Below, piece by piece: positions 15,001-27,000 of a DNA stretch of 64,000 bases. The first letter of the stretch is position 1. Every line of letters starts with the position of its first letter. A program made the position numbers and the translations under genes. Origin of the DNA: Macrostomum lignano (Eukaryota); the NCBI GenBank assembly GCA_002269645.1, contig NIVC01003910.1, positions 6,117 to 70,116 of the forward strand, in the 5' to 3' direction. The notes beneath the pieces were generated by a model that was given only the letters and a program-made list of their open reading frames with translations, was not told the origin of the DNA and did not search any database.

Positions 15001-18000
15001 AACCAGAGTGAGCTCACTCCTGAGAACCAGAGTGAGATCACTCCTAAGAACCCGAGTGAACTCACTCCTGAGAACCAGAGTGAGATCACTCCTAAGAACC
15101 CGAGTGAACTCACTCCTGAGAACCAGAGTGAACTCACTCCTGAGAACCTGATTTCTGTAGTGGACGCATCTCTTACACAGAAAAATGCAAGGTATTTTGC
15201 CTTCTACTGCAAGTAGCAACTGGCGGACTCACCCCCCCCCCTACTGCAGCGCAGGTCCGGTTGACGGAGCTGCAGCAGGCGAACTCCAGCCGAGTGCGGC
15301 AGGAGGACATCCGGGCCAAGCTGGTGGGCCTGGAGGCCAGCAGGGAGGAGATCCGGGCCGACTCCGAGGCCATCAAGAGGAGGAAGGCGAAGGCGAGCAC
15401 CGACCTGCGGCTCAACGATGACAAGCGTGAGTGGCCTGAGCAGTGCTCAGGTTGAGGCTGAGTGGCCTGAGCAGTGCTCAGGTTGGGGCTGAGTGGCCTG
15501 AGCAGTGCTCAGGTTGAGGCTGAGTGGCCTGAGCAGTGCTCAGATTGGGGCTGAGTGGCCTGAGCAGTGCTCAGGTTGGGGCTGAGTGGCCTAAGCAGTG
15601 CTCAGGTTGGGGCTGAGTGGCCTGAGCAGTGCTCAGGTTGGGGCTGAGTGGCCTGAGCAGTGCTCAGATTGGGGCTGGGCTCGCCTGGTTGAGCTCACTG
15701 GCGACAACGTAGCAGAGTTGGCAATGCCATCAATGCTATCAACCCATCAATGCTATCAATCCATCAATGCTATCAACCCATCAATGCTATCAATCCATCA
15801 ATGCTATGAATCCATCAATGCTATGAATCCATCAATGCTATCAATCCATCAATGCTATCAATCCATCAATGCTATGAATCCATATCAGTCCATTGACACT
15901 GTCCGCAGTGCTGGAGCTCCGCGACAACCTCAAGGCGATGCGGCGCGCCCTGCGGCCGTCGGGCAACTCGAGCGCCGGGCCGCCCAGCCTGACCGACCAG
16001 CTGCGCGGCCTGCGGCAGCGGCTTGACGAGCTGCGCCGGCAGATCAACAGCACCCGGCTGAGCCTGCGGTCCCTGGCTGACCGGGTCAACTCGGTGAGTC
16101 TCCTGAGCCTCTGAGCACACCCATAGCAACTCAGAGATCTGCGCGGTCTTCTCACAGCATCCGCCCTCGCACCGCCCACAGCTCGAGTACGTGAGGCAGT
16201 TCGGCCGGAACGACTCCCTGACGCTGCCGGTTGAGGATGTGGCCGACCTGGCAACGCTGAACCAGCTCAAGATCAGCTTCATCCCGGCTGAGCAGAGCGG
16301 CGTTCTGGCAGTCCTGGCCGACGTGAGAGCGGTGCGAAATCTTGCTGCCAAGCCTCCCTCAGCTTCCTCATCCATAACTTGTTTGGCTTCGTTAGTTTTA
16401 TCAACTTTCATAGCTTCATCAGCTTCAACAGCTTCACCAGTTTCATCAGCCTCATCAGCTTCATCAGCCTCATAAGCTTCATCAGCCTCATCAGCTTCAT
16501 TAGCATCAAAACATCATTAGTTTCATAAGCGTCATCAGTCTCATCAGCTTCATCAGCTTCGTCAGCTTCATCAGCCTTCATCAACTTCATCAGCCTCATC
16601 AGCTTCATCAGCTTCATCAGCTTCATCAACATCCTTTGTTTCATCCACTTCTGCTAATTCAGCTTCACCAGCCTTACAAGCTTAATCAGGTCTCTCAGCT
16701 CCCCATCTGCACCAGCTCACTCAGTTTCCTCATTCACTTTATTACCTTCCCCGCCTTAATTAGCTTCCTCAACCTGCGCTTTTTTGTCATTTTTGCATTC
16801 ATCCCATAGCTTCATCATCCCGATTAGACCAGCTTCCCAGCTTTCAAAGGCCAACCCGAAACCTCGCCACCGACCAGCCCACCAGCTCCGTCCGTCTCCG
16901 CGAACCTCTGCAGGGCAAAGTCGGCTACTTCAGCTCCGTCCACGTGCTCGACGGCCGCCTGGCCTTCGCCGGCAGCAACGCCAGCCTGCAGACGCTCCAA
17001 AGCCTCCGCCTGCGGCCGGGTGTCGCCTACTCGGCCACCGTCCGGCGCTACCGCCGCACCCTGGCCGTGTCTGTCCGGGACTCGGCCACCGGCCGCTACC
17101 ACAGCGGCCGCTTCGGGCTGCCGAACGCCGAGCAGTTCCCGGAGCTGAGTCCCTTCTCCACCAGCCTGCACCTGGGCGGCCTGCCGCCCAACCTCGCTGC
17201 ACTGGTGAGCCGCTGGGGTGCCACTGGGGTGCCAGCGACAGGGAGGGCACAGAAGAGACCGCCTACTGAAGAGTAGCAAGGAAAAAAATTCAGGCGAATC
17301 TCTCATAGTGTGTGGGAAAGCTTCTGCACAGATAGTTGAATAGAACTTCGGGGTCTGTCCACAGCTGAGGTCCTGGGCTCATCGCGAGTTCGAATCTCAT
17401 TGTTGGACAGGCATGTAGCAGCTCACAGTGCTTCACCTACCGGGAGTCGAACCCAGGGCTTTCAGGAATGAATCCACCCCAGTCACCGGTGGAGAAGCCA
17501 CCGCACACATCCGGCCCAGTCACGGGTGGAGAAGCCACCGCACACACCCCAGTCACGGGTGGAGAAGTCACCGCACACACCCCAGTCACCGGTGGGGAAG
17601 TCACCGCACACACCCCAGTCACCGGTGGGGAAGTCACCGCACACACCCCAGTCACGGGTGGAGAAGCCACCGCACACACCCCAGTCACGGGTGGGGAAGC
17701 CACCGCCCACCGCACACATCCCATTCCCAAAATCCAAAGGGCTGATCCAGCTGGCAGCTAACCAGCTCAAGCATCTCTCCTTCCAGTTCCCAGCCGAGCA
17801 GCTGCAGCAGTGGAGCGGATTCGCCGGCATCATTTTGAAGGCTTCGCTGAACGGCGAGCCGCTGAACTTGTGGCAGTTCACCGCCAGGACTGGGGTGAAA
17901 CTGCATCAGGTTGCAGGGTGAGTTGCTTCAAGTTGCTGCCAAATTTTGCTTTCATATTTTCGTATTTTCGCAAATTTAACTAGCTCAAGATCCCAACCAG

Positions 18001-21000
18001 CTCAAGATCCCAACCAGCTCAAGATCCCAACCAGCTCAAGATCCCAACCAGCTCAAGATCCCAACCAGCTCAAGATCCCAACCAGCTCAAGATCCCAACC
18101 AGCTCAAGATCCCAACGAGCTCAAGATCCCAACCAGCTCAAGATCCCAACCAGCTCAAGACCCCAACCAGCTCAAGATCCCAACGAGCTCAAGATCCCAA
18201 CCAGCTCAAGATCCCAACCAGCTCAAGATCCCAACCAGCTCAAGATCCCAACCAGCTCAAGATCCCAACCAGCTCAAAATCCCAACCAGCTCAAGATCCC
18301 AACCAGCTCAAAATCCCAACCAGCTCAGGATCCCAAACAGCTCAAGATCCCAACCAGCTCAAGATCCCAACCGGCTCAAGATCCCAACCAGCTCAAGATC
18401 CCAACCAGCTCAAAATCCCAACCAGCTCAAGATCCCAATCCCAAATTCTCCCACGCCACTTGCAGTCCGATTCCTGGCCAGGCCGCCCGCTACTACCTGG
18501 ACGGAGACACCTGGGCCACCATCAGCGAAGCCTTCGGCAGCTCTGCCGTCAAGTTTCTGTCCGACGAGCGGCTCGAACTCGCGCTGGCCACGCACTCGCC
18601 CGACTCGGCGCTGCTCCGCCCCGGTGCCGCCTCCGCTCGCGGCAGCCACGGCCTCATCGAGCTGCGGACAGAGTCCGGCCGACTGGTTGTCATAGTAACC
18701 ACGCCGAGCTCGACCGGCGAAACTCGCAACGTCATCCGGCTGAGCTCTCGCGATCGAATCGACGATGGCAGCGAGCGAAGCGTCTTGCTCGAGATGAAGA
18801 ACCGGAAGCTGCGCCTATCTGTCGATGGCCAGACTCAGGAGGAGCAAGAATTCGAACCCACGACCTTCTATAACGAGTTTATACTGGCGCCGGAGCCCGA
18901 GGATGCCAGGTTTGGAAATTTATGATTTTCTGTATTGGGGCTGTAGCCAAGTAGTTAAAGCGTCGGACTCCCGATTTGAAGGTCGGGGGTTCGATTCCCG
19001 ATCCCACTGGAACTATTTGTATCCTTGAGCAAGACACTTAATTCTGCATTTCTTCAGTTCACCCAGCTGTTAAATGGGTGCCAGCATTAGCTGGGGTAAC
19101 TGAGGGTATGTGTGGCGACCCCCCAGTCCTTGGACTGAACAGCCGTACGCAGCCTTCAGATGCACCGCGCAATTGCTGCGGCTGAGCTGTCGGCTGCACA
19201 TCTGCCTATTAGGGCAGGTGCAGTCAATTTTTGAATTATTATTCTCATTATTATTACTATTATATTGGGACGAGACGCAGATATGGGATGTGGAATCCCC
19301 GGGTTCGATTCCGCTGCTCAGGGCTCAGAGGAATGTGCTTGGCTGCGGGCCGCCTGTCGCTACTGACCTCAGTAGGCAAGTTGGGATCGCAGCAAAACAA
19401 ATCTGCCGCATTTCAGCAGCTTCAGGCCGCGCTTCATCGGCACCATCGCCGGCCTGGCCTTCAACGGCAACGAGTCGCTGGACATCCGGTTCTTCGGCAA
19501 CTCCAGCCGGGCCGTCAACTCCAGCCGGGACAGCCTGGTGAGGCCGCTGGTCTACGCTCTGCTCGCCCATCCGCTGCTCCCAATCAGGTTTCTTAGAAAG
19601 CTAAAATAACATTTCAATCCCGCAGCTATCCCGGTTCGTCAAGGTGGGCGGCGACTCGCTGCTGGAGCTGCCGCTGGGGCCGGGCAGCCTGAGCAGCTCG
19701 GGCGACGCCGTTGAAGTGTCCGCCGGAGTTCTCGTGCGCCGGCTCGAGGGCGTCATCATGAAGCTGCGGGATGGTGAGATCCGCCCCCTAGCATCCGCCC
19801 CTAGCATCCGCCCCTAGCATCCGCCCCTAGCATCCGCCCCTAGCATCCGCCCCTAGCATCCGCCCCTAGCATCCGCCCCTAGCATCCGCCCCTAGCATCC
19901 GCCCCTAGCATCCGCCCCTAGCATCCGCCCCTAGCATCCGCCCCTAGCATCCGTGTTGTAAAGTGAGTTTACTCACTGGGTTGTTTTGCTAGTCGGTGTT
20001 TGGGGGTCAAGGGATCCGATGTACATGCGCGCTCTGTTTGTATATGTACATGCGTTCTCGAGTAAATATAAGAATAGCTCCACCCTTTGGGTGAGGGTTT
20101 GAATTTTGTTTGTTGGACTAAACCTGACTGGCTTGTCTCTCGCTCACCACATTTTGGCGTCGCGCGGAGAAATCAATTGATTTGGGCCAGCGTGATTCAG
20201 CACAAGCGCGAACTCTAAAATCTGCCAAGTCATGAGCAGCACAGAAGGCGCAAATGCAAGTGCAATTGGCGACCCACAGAGAGGGTCTCAACAAGCAGCA
20301 GCCCAACAGTCAAGCAGAGATACAGCTAACAGAATGAGTGTCAACATTTCGCCACCGCAGCCGTTTCTGCCAGCCGCTGGAGCACCGCTGATTGAATGGA
20401 ACCGATGGAAAGCAATGTTCAGCAACTACCTGCTAGCATCGGGAGCCATCGATCTGCCGGAGCAAAGAAAACAAGCGTTGCTTATCCACTGTTTGGGTGC
20501 AGAGGGACAAAACATCTACATGTCTCTACAAGCCAGCAGCAATCAGGAGGAAGGAGAGCAACCGCCATCAACAGTTGATGACACGCTGAAGCTACTGGAC
20601 ACGCACTTCGGACCCAAGGTCAACGTAGTTGCTGAGAGGCACAGATTCCGACAGAGAGCTCAGCGACCGGGCGAAAAGATCAGCGACTTCGTTGCCGCGC
20701 TGCGAAACCTGGCGTCGAACTGCGACTTCAAGACCTTCCAGGAGGAGATGCTGCGTGACCAGCTCGTCGAGAAAGTGCTCAGCAACCACATCAGGGAGCG
20801 ACTGCTTATGGAGCCGGAGCTGACCTTGGCGACAGCTGTGCAGTTGGCGGAGCGACTGGAAACTGGACTGCTGGAGGCCCAGGCCATCAAGGGAGGCAGC
20901 CACACAGACCCAAACAGCTCGTGTGGAGTCCAGCAGATCAGCAAGGCTAAGAACAGTGGAGCAGCGGCAAGACAGCACGAGGCACTGAAGCCGACAACCG

Positions 21001-24000
21001 ACGGCCGGAGCTGCGGCTACTGTGGCTCAGCGGCGCATGTCGGTGGACAGACCTGCCCAGCAAAGGGGCAGAAGTGCAAGTCCTGCGGCAAGCGCGGGCA
21101 CTTCGCCAGAGTCTGCAGGAGCGGCAACCGAGTGCGACAGCTTCAGGATGAGTACTCCATCTGCACTGTGTCGACAGCTGCGGCAGCAAGCAAGCACTGC
21201 GAAGTGCTGCTGAACGGGAGGCCTGTCAAGCTGCTCGTTGACTCCGGTTCGCGAGTCTCCATCATCACCAAGACGACGTACAACAGACTTCTGTCCAACG
21301 TGCCCCTGCAGGCGTCATCACGGAAGCTGGTCGCTTTCAACGGCAGCAAGATCGGCGTGCTTGGTGACATCCTGACCTCGGTGCAGCTCAAGGACAAAGT
21401 AGTGCCTTACGTCAACCTTAGCGTGGTCAATACCGGATCTGACATCCTGGGGTGCGACCTCATGGATCAGCTGGGACTGTGGATCGTCACTGCAGACGGT
21501 GAGCGAGTGCAGACAGTCGGCACCAGAGCCCTGCCTGACTGGATCCCAGGCCGGTTCGACCAGTTGACTCAGGGACTCGGACACATTAAAGGATTTCAGC
21601 ACAGGCCGCGAGTCAACCCCGCGGTGCAACCGACTGCTCAACCGTTGCGCAGAGTGCCGCTCAGCCTAAGAGATTCGGTTCAAAAGGAGATCGACCAGCT
21701 GCTGCAGCAAGACATCATCGAGGAGGTCGACGCCTCAGACTGGGTGTCAAACCTAGTCGTGGTGCCAAAGGCGAACGGCTCGATCCGGATCTGCAACGAC
21801 CTGAGAGGCCCAAACAAGAGCATCATACCGGACAGATACCCACTTCCGACCTTTGAGGAGCTCTCCGCCGAGTTTGCCGGGTCGCGATGCTTCTCCAAGT
21901 TGGACCTGAATTCGTCTTACCTGCAACTGGAGTTGTCCGAGGACTGCAGAAATCTGACCACGTTCGTGACGGAGCGAGGCCTATATCGATATCGGAGGGT
22001 GTGCTTCGGCCTGAGTAGTGCACCGGCTGCGTTCCAGAAGGTGATGGCTAAGATCCTCAGTGGCATCAAAGGCGCAGTGCACTTTATTGACGACATCGTA
22101 GTGCACGCGGCATCAAGAGAAGAGCACGACAAGCGCCTGTTCAAGGTGCTGCAAGCTCTGATGACGCACAACGTGACTATCAATACGGCCAAGTGCACCT
22201 GGCGCCAGGACAAGGTCAACTTCCTAGGCTATGAGCTGAGCGCTTCTGGAGTCCGCCCGTTGCAGTCACACGTCGAAGCTATCGAGAAGGTACAGCCGCC
22301 AACGAACACCAAGGAAGTGGCTGCGTTTCTAGGCGTCGTGAAGTACTTCGGCAACTTCATTCCCAGCCTCTCCAGCACGGCGGAGCCCCTCATGAAACTG
22401 CTGAGGAAGGACGAGCCGTGGAAGTGGACCAGTGAGTGCCAGCAGGCTTTTGAGCAGCTGAAGGCAGGAGTGTGCAAGCCACCTTGCCTCAAGTTTTTCG
22501 ACGCAGATCAGCCGATCATCGTCAGCTGCGACAGCTCAGCATCAGCTCTCGGTGCGATTCTCCTCCAGCAAGACTCCGACGGCCAGTGGCGCCCGGTTGC
22601 CTTTGCGAGCCGAACTCTGAGTGCTACGGAGCGCCGCTACTCGGCGAGCGAGAGGGAAGCCCTGGCCTGCATCTTCGCCTGTGAGCGCTGGAACTTCTTC
22701 CTTTACGGCCGACGGTTCGAGCTCCACACCGATCACCAGGCTCTCACCACGCTGCTATCATCATCTGGGAGCGGACACCGGCCACTCAGACTGCATCGCT
22801 GGGCTGATCGTTTGTTAAACTACTCCTTCACCGTCAAGTACGTCCCGGGTGCCAAGAACATCGTGCCTGACTTTCTGTCGCGCTGCCAGGACACGGCCGA
22901 GCCGACGGAAGGCGATGAAACAGACGGTCTGGAAGTCCAAAGAGTGCTCCTGGCCGAGGCGCTGACCGTGGTCACCGAGGACGAACTGGCGGAGGCAACG
23001 TCAAAGGACGAGCTCCTGGCACGAGTCGCAGAGTTCACAGTTTCCGGTTGGCCAGACAAGAAAAAGCTCGATGAGCGCCTGCTGCCCTACTGGAGTGTTA
23101 GGAACGAGCTGACTGTTTGGAGCAACGGCAGGTGCTTGGCCATGGGAACTCGTGCCGTCATACCGGAAGAATTGCGCCAGCGAGTGCTCGACTTAGCGCA
23201 TCAAGGTCACAAGGGAGTCAGCAGGACCAAGCATCACTGCCGAGACACCGCGTGGTGGCCCAAAATGGACAGCGACATCGAGAGGTTCGTCAGCAGCTGC
23301 TCTGCGTGCATCATCAGTGAGAAGAGCTTTAAGCCGCATCGGACAGTGCTGACCCCGACCAAGTGGCCGAAGGAACCGTGGACAGAGCTGCAGATCGACT
23401 TGTTCGGAGAGCTGCACGAGGGTGCACCACAGAACTGCCGTTTCATACTCGGTGTACATGACCTGCATTCAAAGTGGCCCGAACTGGTCTGCCTCTCTTC
23501 AGCGACGTCTGCGACTATCATCAAGAGTCTCACGGCGCTGTTTTGTCGCTGGGGCATTCCGCGCGTAATCACCACCGATGGAGGACCCCAGTTCATCTCC
23601 CAGGAGTTCAACGACTTCCTAAAGGCGTACGGCATCAATCATCGTCAGACTCCGTTCTACCACCCTCAAGGAAATTCCGGAGTGGAGCGCCTGAACCGCG
23701 TAGTCAAAGAGGGCTTGAAGAGCCACCTTCAAGACGGCTACTCGTTCCTGGAAGCGGTGCAGTCCATCCTGTGGGCGTACCGATCGACACCGCATGCGCT
23801 GACCGGCGTGACGCCAGCGGAGCTGATGCTCGGCCGCAAGATCACCACGCCGCTGTGGACGCTGCAGCCGAAGCGAGCGACTCGAGAGCACCCACTGGCC
23901 GATCAGATCCAGGAGCGGCAAAGACGGCAGTTCAAGCGGCTCAACAGATCCCGGCAGCCGCCGCGCCAATTCCGGGTCGGCGACCTGGTGCGAGTGCGAT

Positions 24001-27000
24001 CTCCGCGGATGCGAGGCAAGCTGCAGAGCCACGTGTCACCACCTCTACGGGTCAGCGACATCATCAGCCCGACGATCGTCAGGTTAGAGGACGGCTCAAG
24101 GTGGCACACCAGCCTCTGTATGCCTCATGCGGAGCCCGAGGGTGCCAGCACGACTTCAGCAACGGCAATGCCGCCACAGCCGCCAGTGGCTGCAGAGGCG
24201 GCAGCGCCAGAAGGCCCGACGGACCCGCCGCCGGCGACCGCTGAGGCCGACGCGGAGCTGCGGCGCAGTACGCGACTGCGGGCACCACCGTTGTGGTACG
24301 GCCAGGTCGTGACGCATTGATTGCCAGCTGTGAAGGGAATTAGTGACTGTTAAGGAGGAGGGTGAATGTTGTAAAGTGAGTTTACTCACTGGGTTGTTTT
24401 GCTAGTCGGTGTTTGGGGGTCAAGGGATCCGATGTACATGCGCGCTCTGTTTGTATATGTACATGCGTTCTCGAGTAAATATAAGAATAGCTCCACCCTT
24501 TGGGTGAGGGTTTGAATTTTGTTTGTTGGACTAAACCTGACTGGCTTGTCTCTCGCTCACCACAATCCGCCCCTAGCATCCGCCCCTAGCATCCGCCCCT
24601 AGCATCCGCCCCTAGCATCCGCCCCTAGCATCCGCCCCTAGCATCCGCCCCTAGCATCCGGCCCCAGCATCTAGCCCTGACCCTACATGCAGCATCCGCC
24701 CTGTGATGCTTGGTGTACTTTTCACTCGATCACCCCAGATGGCTTGTCTTGCATCATAAATAGACCGCACAGTTCCAAAGCTGGCCAGCCAACCCACTCC
24801 GCAGACTCCCAGCGCAAGAACCTGACGGTGTTCTTCCACAACGGCATCCTGTCCCTCGGCCAAGAGTACATCAACAACGACAAGGTGGTGCAGGACGTCC
24901 TCAGCCAGTTCATCGGCATGAGCGAGTCCAAGTTTTACAATCTGATCTTCCGGTTCAGCCCGGGCGAGTAAGTCTGAATTTAAAAAAACTGCTGCCATTA
25001 CTACGAGTAGGCTGGTGCCAGCTCAGAATTTTGTTTCTTTCCGAATTTAATATTCTGAAAAATTCGCCCCCAGGGTCAGCCTGGAGCTGAACGGCATCCG
25101 GCGGAACCGCATGATCAGCCGGAACATCAACCTGCAGAGCCTGCAGCTGGGCGGAGGCTTCCAGGGCTGCGTAAAGGACCTGGTGGTTGGCGACACGTGA
25201 GCTCGGATTGAATTCGCTGCAATTAGTTACTAGGGAGTTACTCGAGTTACTACGGACCTACTCGAGTTACTAAGGATCTACTCTAGTTACTAGGGATCTG
25301 CTTAAGTTACTAGGGACCTACTCGAGTTACTAGGTACCTACTCGAGTTACTAGGTGCCTACTCGAGTTACTAGGTACCTACTCGAGTTTATAGGGACCTA
25401 ATCGAGTTACTAGGGACCTACTCAAGTTACTCGCACTCAACGTCCAGCTCGCCGCCAACTCCAGGCTCATTCACCTTCGCTCGCTGCTGCGAGTTGTCGC
25501 CGGCGGCTCGGCGGTGCAGTTCGAATCCTGCGGCTCAGCTGACGCCGACGGCCATGTTGGAGGCGCCGGCACCGGCGGCGACGTTCGTGTGCTGGACGGC
25601 TGCGGCCGCGGCAGGCTGCCGGCGAGGCGCAACTTCGCTGGCGCGGTGCTGTACCGCTCAGCCCTCGGGGGCTTCACCCGCCTTGGCGAGCCGTCCAGTA
25701 GCTTCGCCAGCTTCCGGTTCAGCTTCCGGGCAACCAGCGGCGTCGGCGTGCTGCTGAACTTCGACAACCTCATGGACAACCTGATCCTGTTCCTGCACGG
25801 CGGCCGCCTGTTCGTGTACAACGATATCCAGAAGTCCTACTGTCGCAGCGGCCGAGACTTCGGAGACGGCCGCTGGCACCGGCTGGAGTTCAGCAGCGCG
25901 CTGGGCGGCATCAGCGTCGACAACCAGACGATGAACTGCAGCATCACCAGCAGCTTCTACAGCGTCATCCCAAATTACTTCCGGGTCACCCTGGGCGGCC
26001 TGCCGAGCGACTTGCTGGCTAACAGGCGGGACTCCATCGCCAAGGTGAGATTCCAGTGTGAGACCCTGTAGCTAAGGTGAGATTCCAGTGTGAGACCCTG
26101 TAGCTAAGGTGAGATTCCAGTGTGAGACCCTGTAGCTAAGGTGAGATTCCAGTGTGAGACCCTGTAGCTAAGGTGAGATTCCAGTGTGAGACCCTGTAGC
26201 TAAGGTGAGATTCCAGTGTGAGACCCTGTAGCTAAGGTGAGATTCCAGTGTGAGACCCTGTAGCTAAGGTGAGATTCCAGTGTGAGACCCTGTAGCTAAG
26301 GTGAGATTCCAGTGTGAGACCCTGTAGCTAAGGTGAGATTCCAGTGTGAGACCCTGTAGCTAAGGTGAGATTCCAATAGAATACTAGTTGTAAACTATGA
26401 CTATCTGAGCATGAACGGAGGTTGTCCAATCCGCAGGATCTCCAAACGTTCTCCGGCTGCATCCGGGATGTCGCCTTCCTGAACGAAGCCGGCCGGCAGA
26501 TTAAGCAGAAGGCGAGCGTGCAGGTGAACACCAGCTCCTGCAGCGAGGATATCGAAGAAGGCGTCGGTTTCCAGGCTTCAGACATCGCGAGGAGCCTCTA
26601 CAGCATCTGTAAGCCCCAGGGTATCCCTGCATTTGAGTCTGGCAGTTTGAGAAGCATTAGGGACGGGCATATGATAGTCCCCATCACTCTCCAGCATCTC
26701 TGACAGTTCCCATCACTCTCCAGCATCTCCAAAAGTCCTCTCATCACTCCAGCATCCAAGCAACTACCCCTTTCCTCCTGCAGCCAAGGTCAGCGTGCAG
26801 CCCCGCACCCGAGTCAGGCTGATGCTGAAGCCGCGCCTGTCCACCGGCACGGTGCTCGGCCTGCTCGACAGCACGTCTGATGTCCAGCGAGCGCTGACTG
26901 TGCACCTCCGGGACGGCGACATTGTCATCAGCGTCCAGGAGGACGGCAACGTGCTGAACGAGGTCCGCGCGGCCATGCCTAGCTCCTTCCTGTTGTGCGA

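Larger units (their letters stand above)
19954..24564 (+). mobile_element. Full-length Ty3/Gypsy (Mag-like) LTR retrotransposon in laminin intron 19774-24804
   Basis: Two 198-bp TG...CA LTRs, PBS-like TGGCGTCGCG after the 5' LTR, polypurine tract 24352-24366, 5-bp TSD ATCCG (19949-19953 / 24565-24569), single gag-pol ORF. Confidence 0.97.
19779..24670. repeat. 13-bp ATCCGCCCCTAGC array split by the LTR element (19779-19953 and 24565-24670)
   Basis: Same unit on both sides of the element. Confidence 0.95.

Noticed and set aside
17364-17460. tRNA-like hairpin (CTGTCCA...GAGTTCGAATCTC...TGGACAG) and an opposing B-box-like GAGTCGAACCC
   Set aside because: About 55 nt, lacking D and anticodon arms; at most a SINE fragment that cannot be supported.
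18937-19010. Genuine tRNA genes at 18937 and 50607
   Set aside because: The acceptor stem is not closed, the anticodon loops differ (CCC vs CAC), and both continue into the same 220-bp body with a tail or TSD, so they are SINE heads.
26045-26375. CRISPR-like 28-46-bp direct repeats (also 8745, 10607, 37160, 45505)
   Set aside because: No unique spacers, no cas genes, eukaryotic intronic context.
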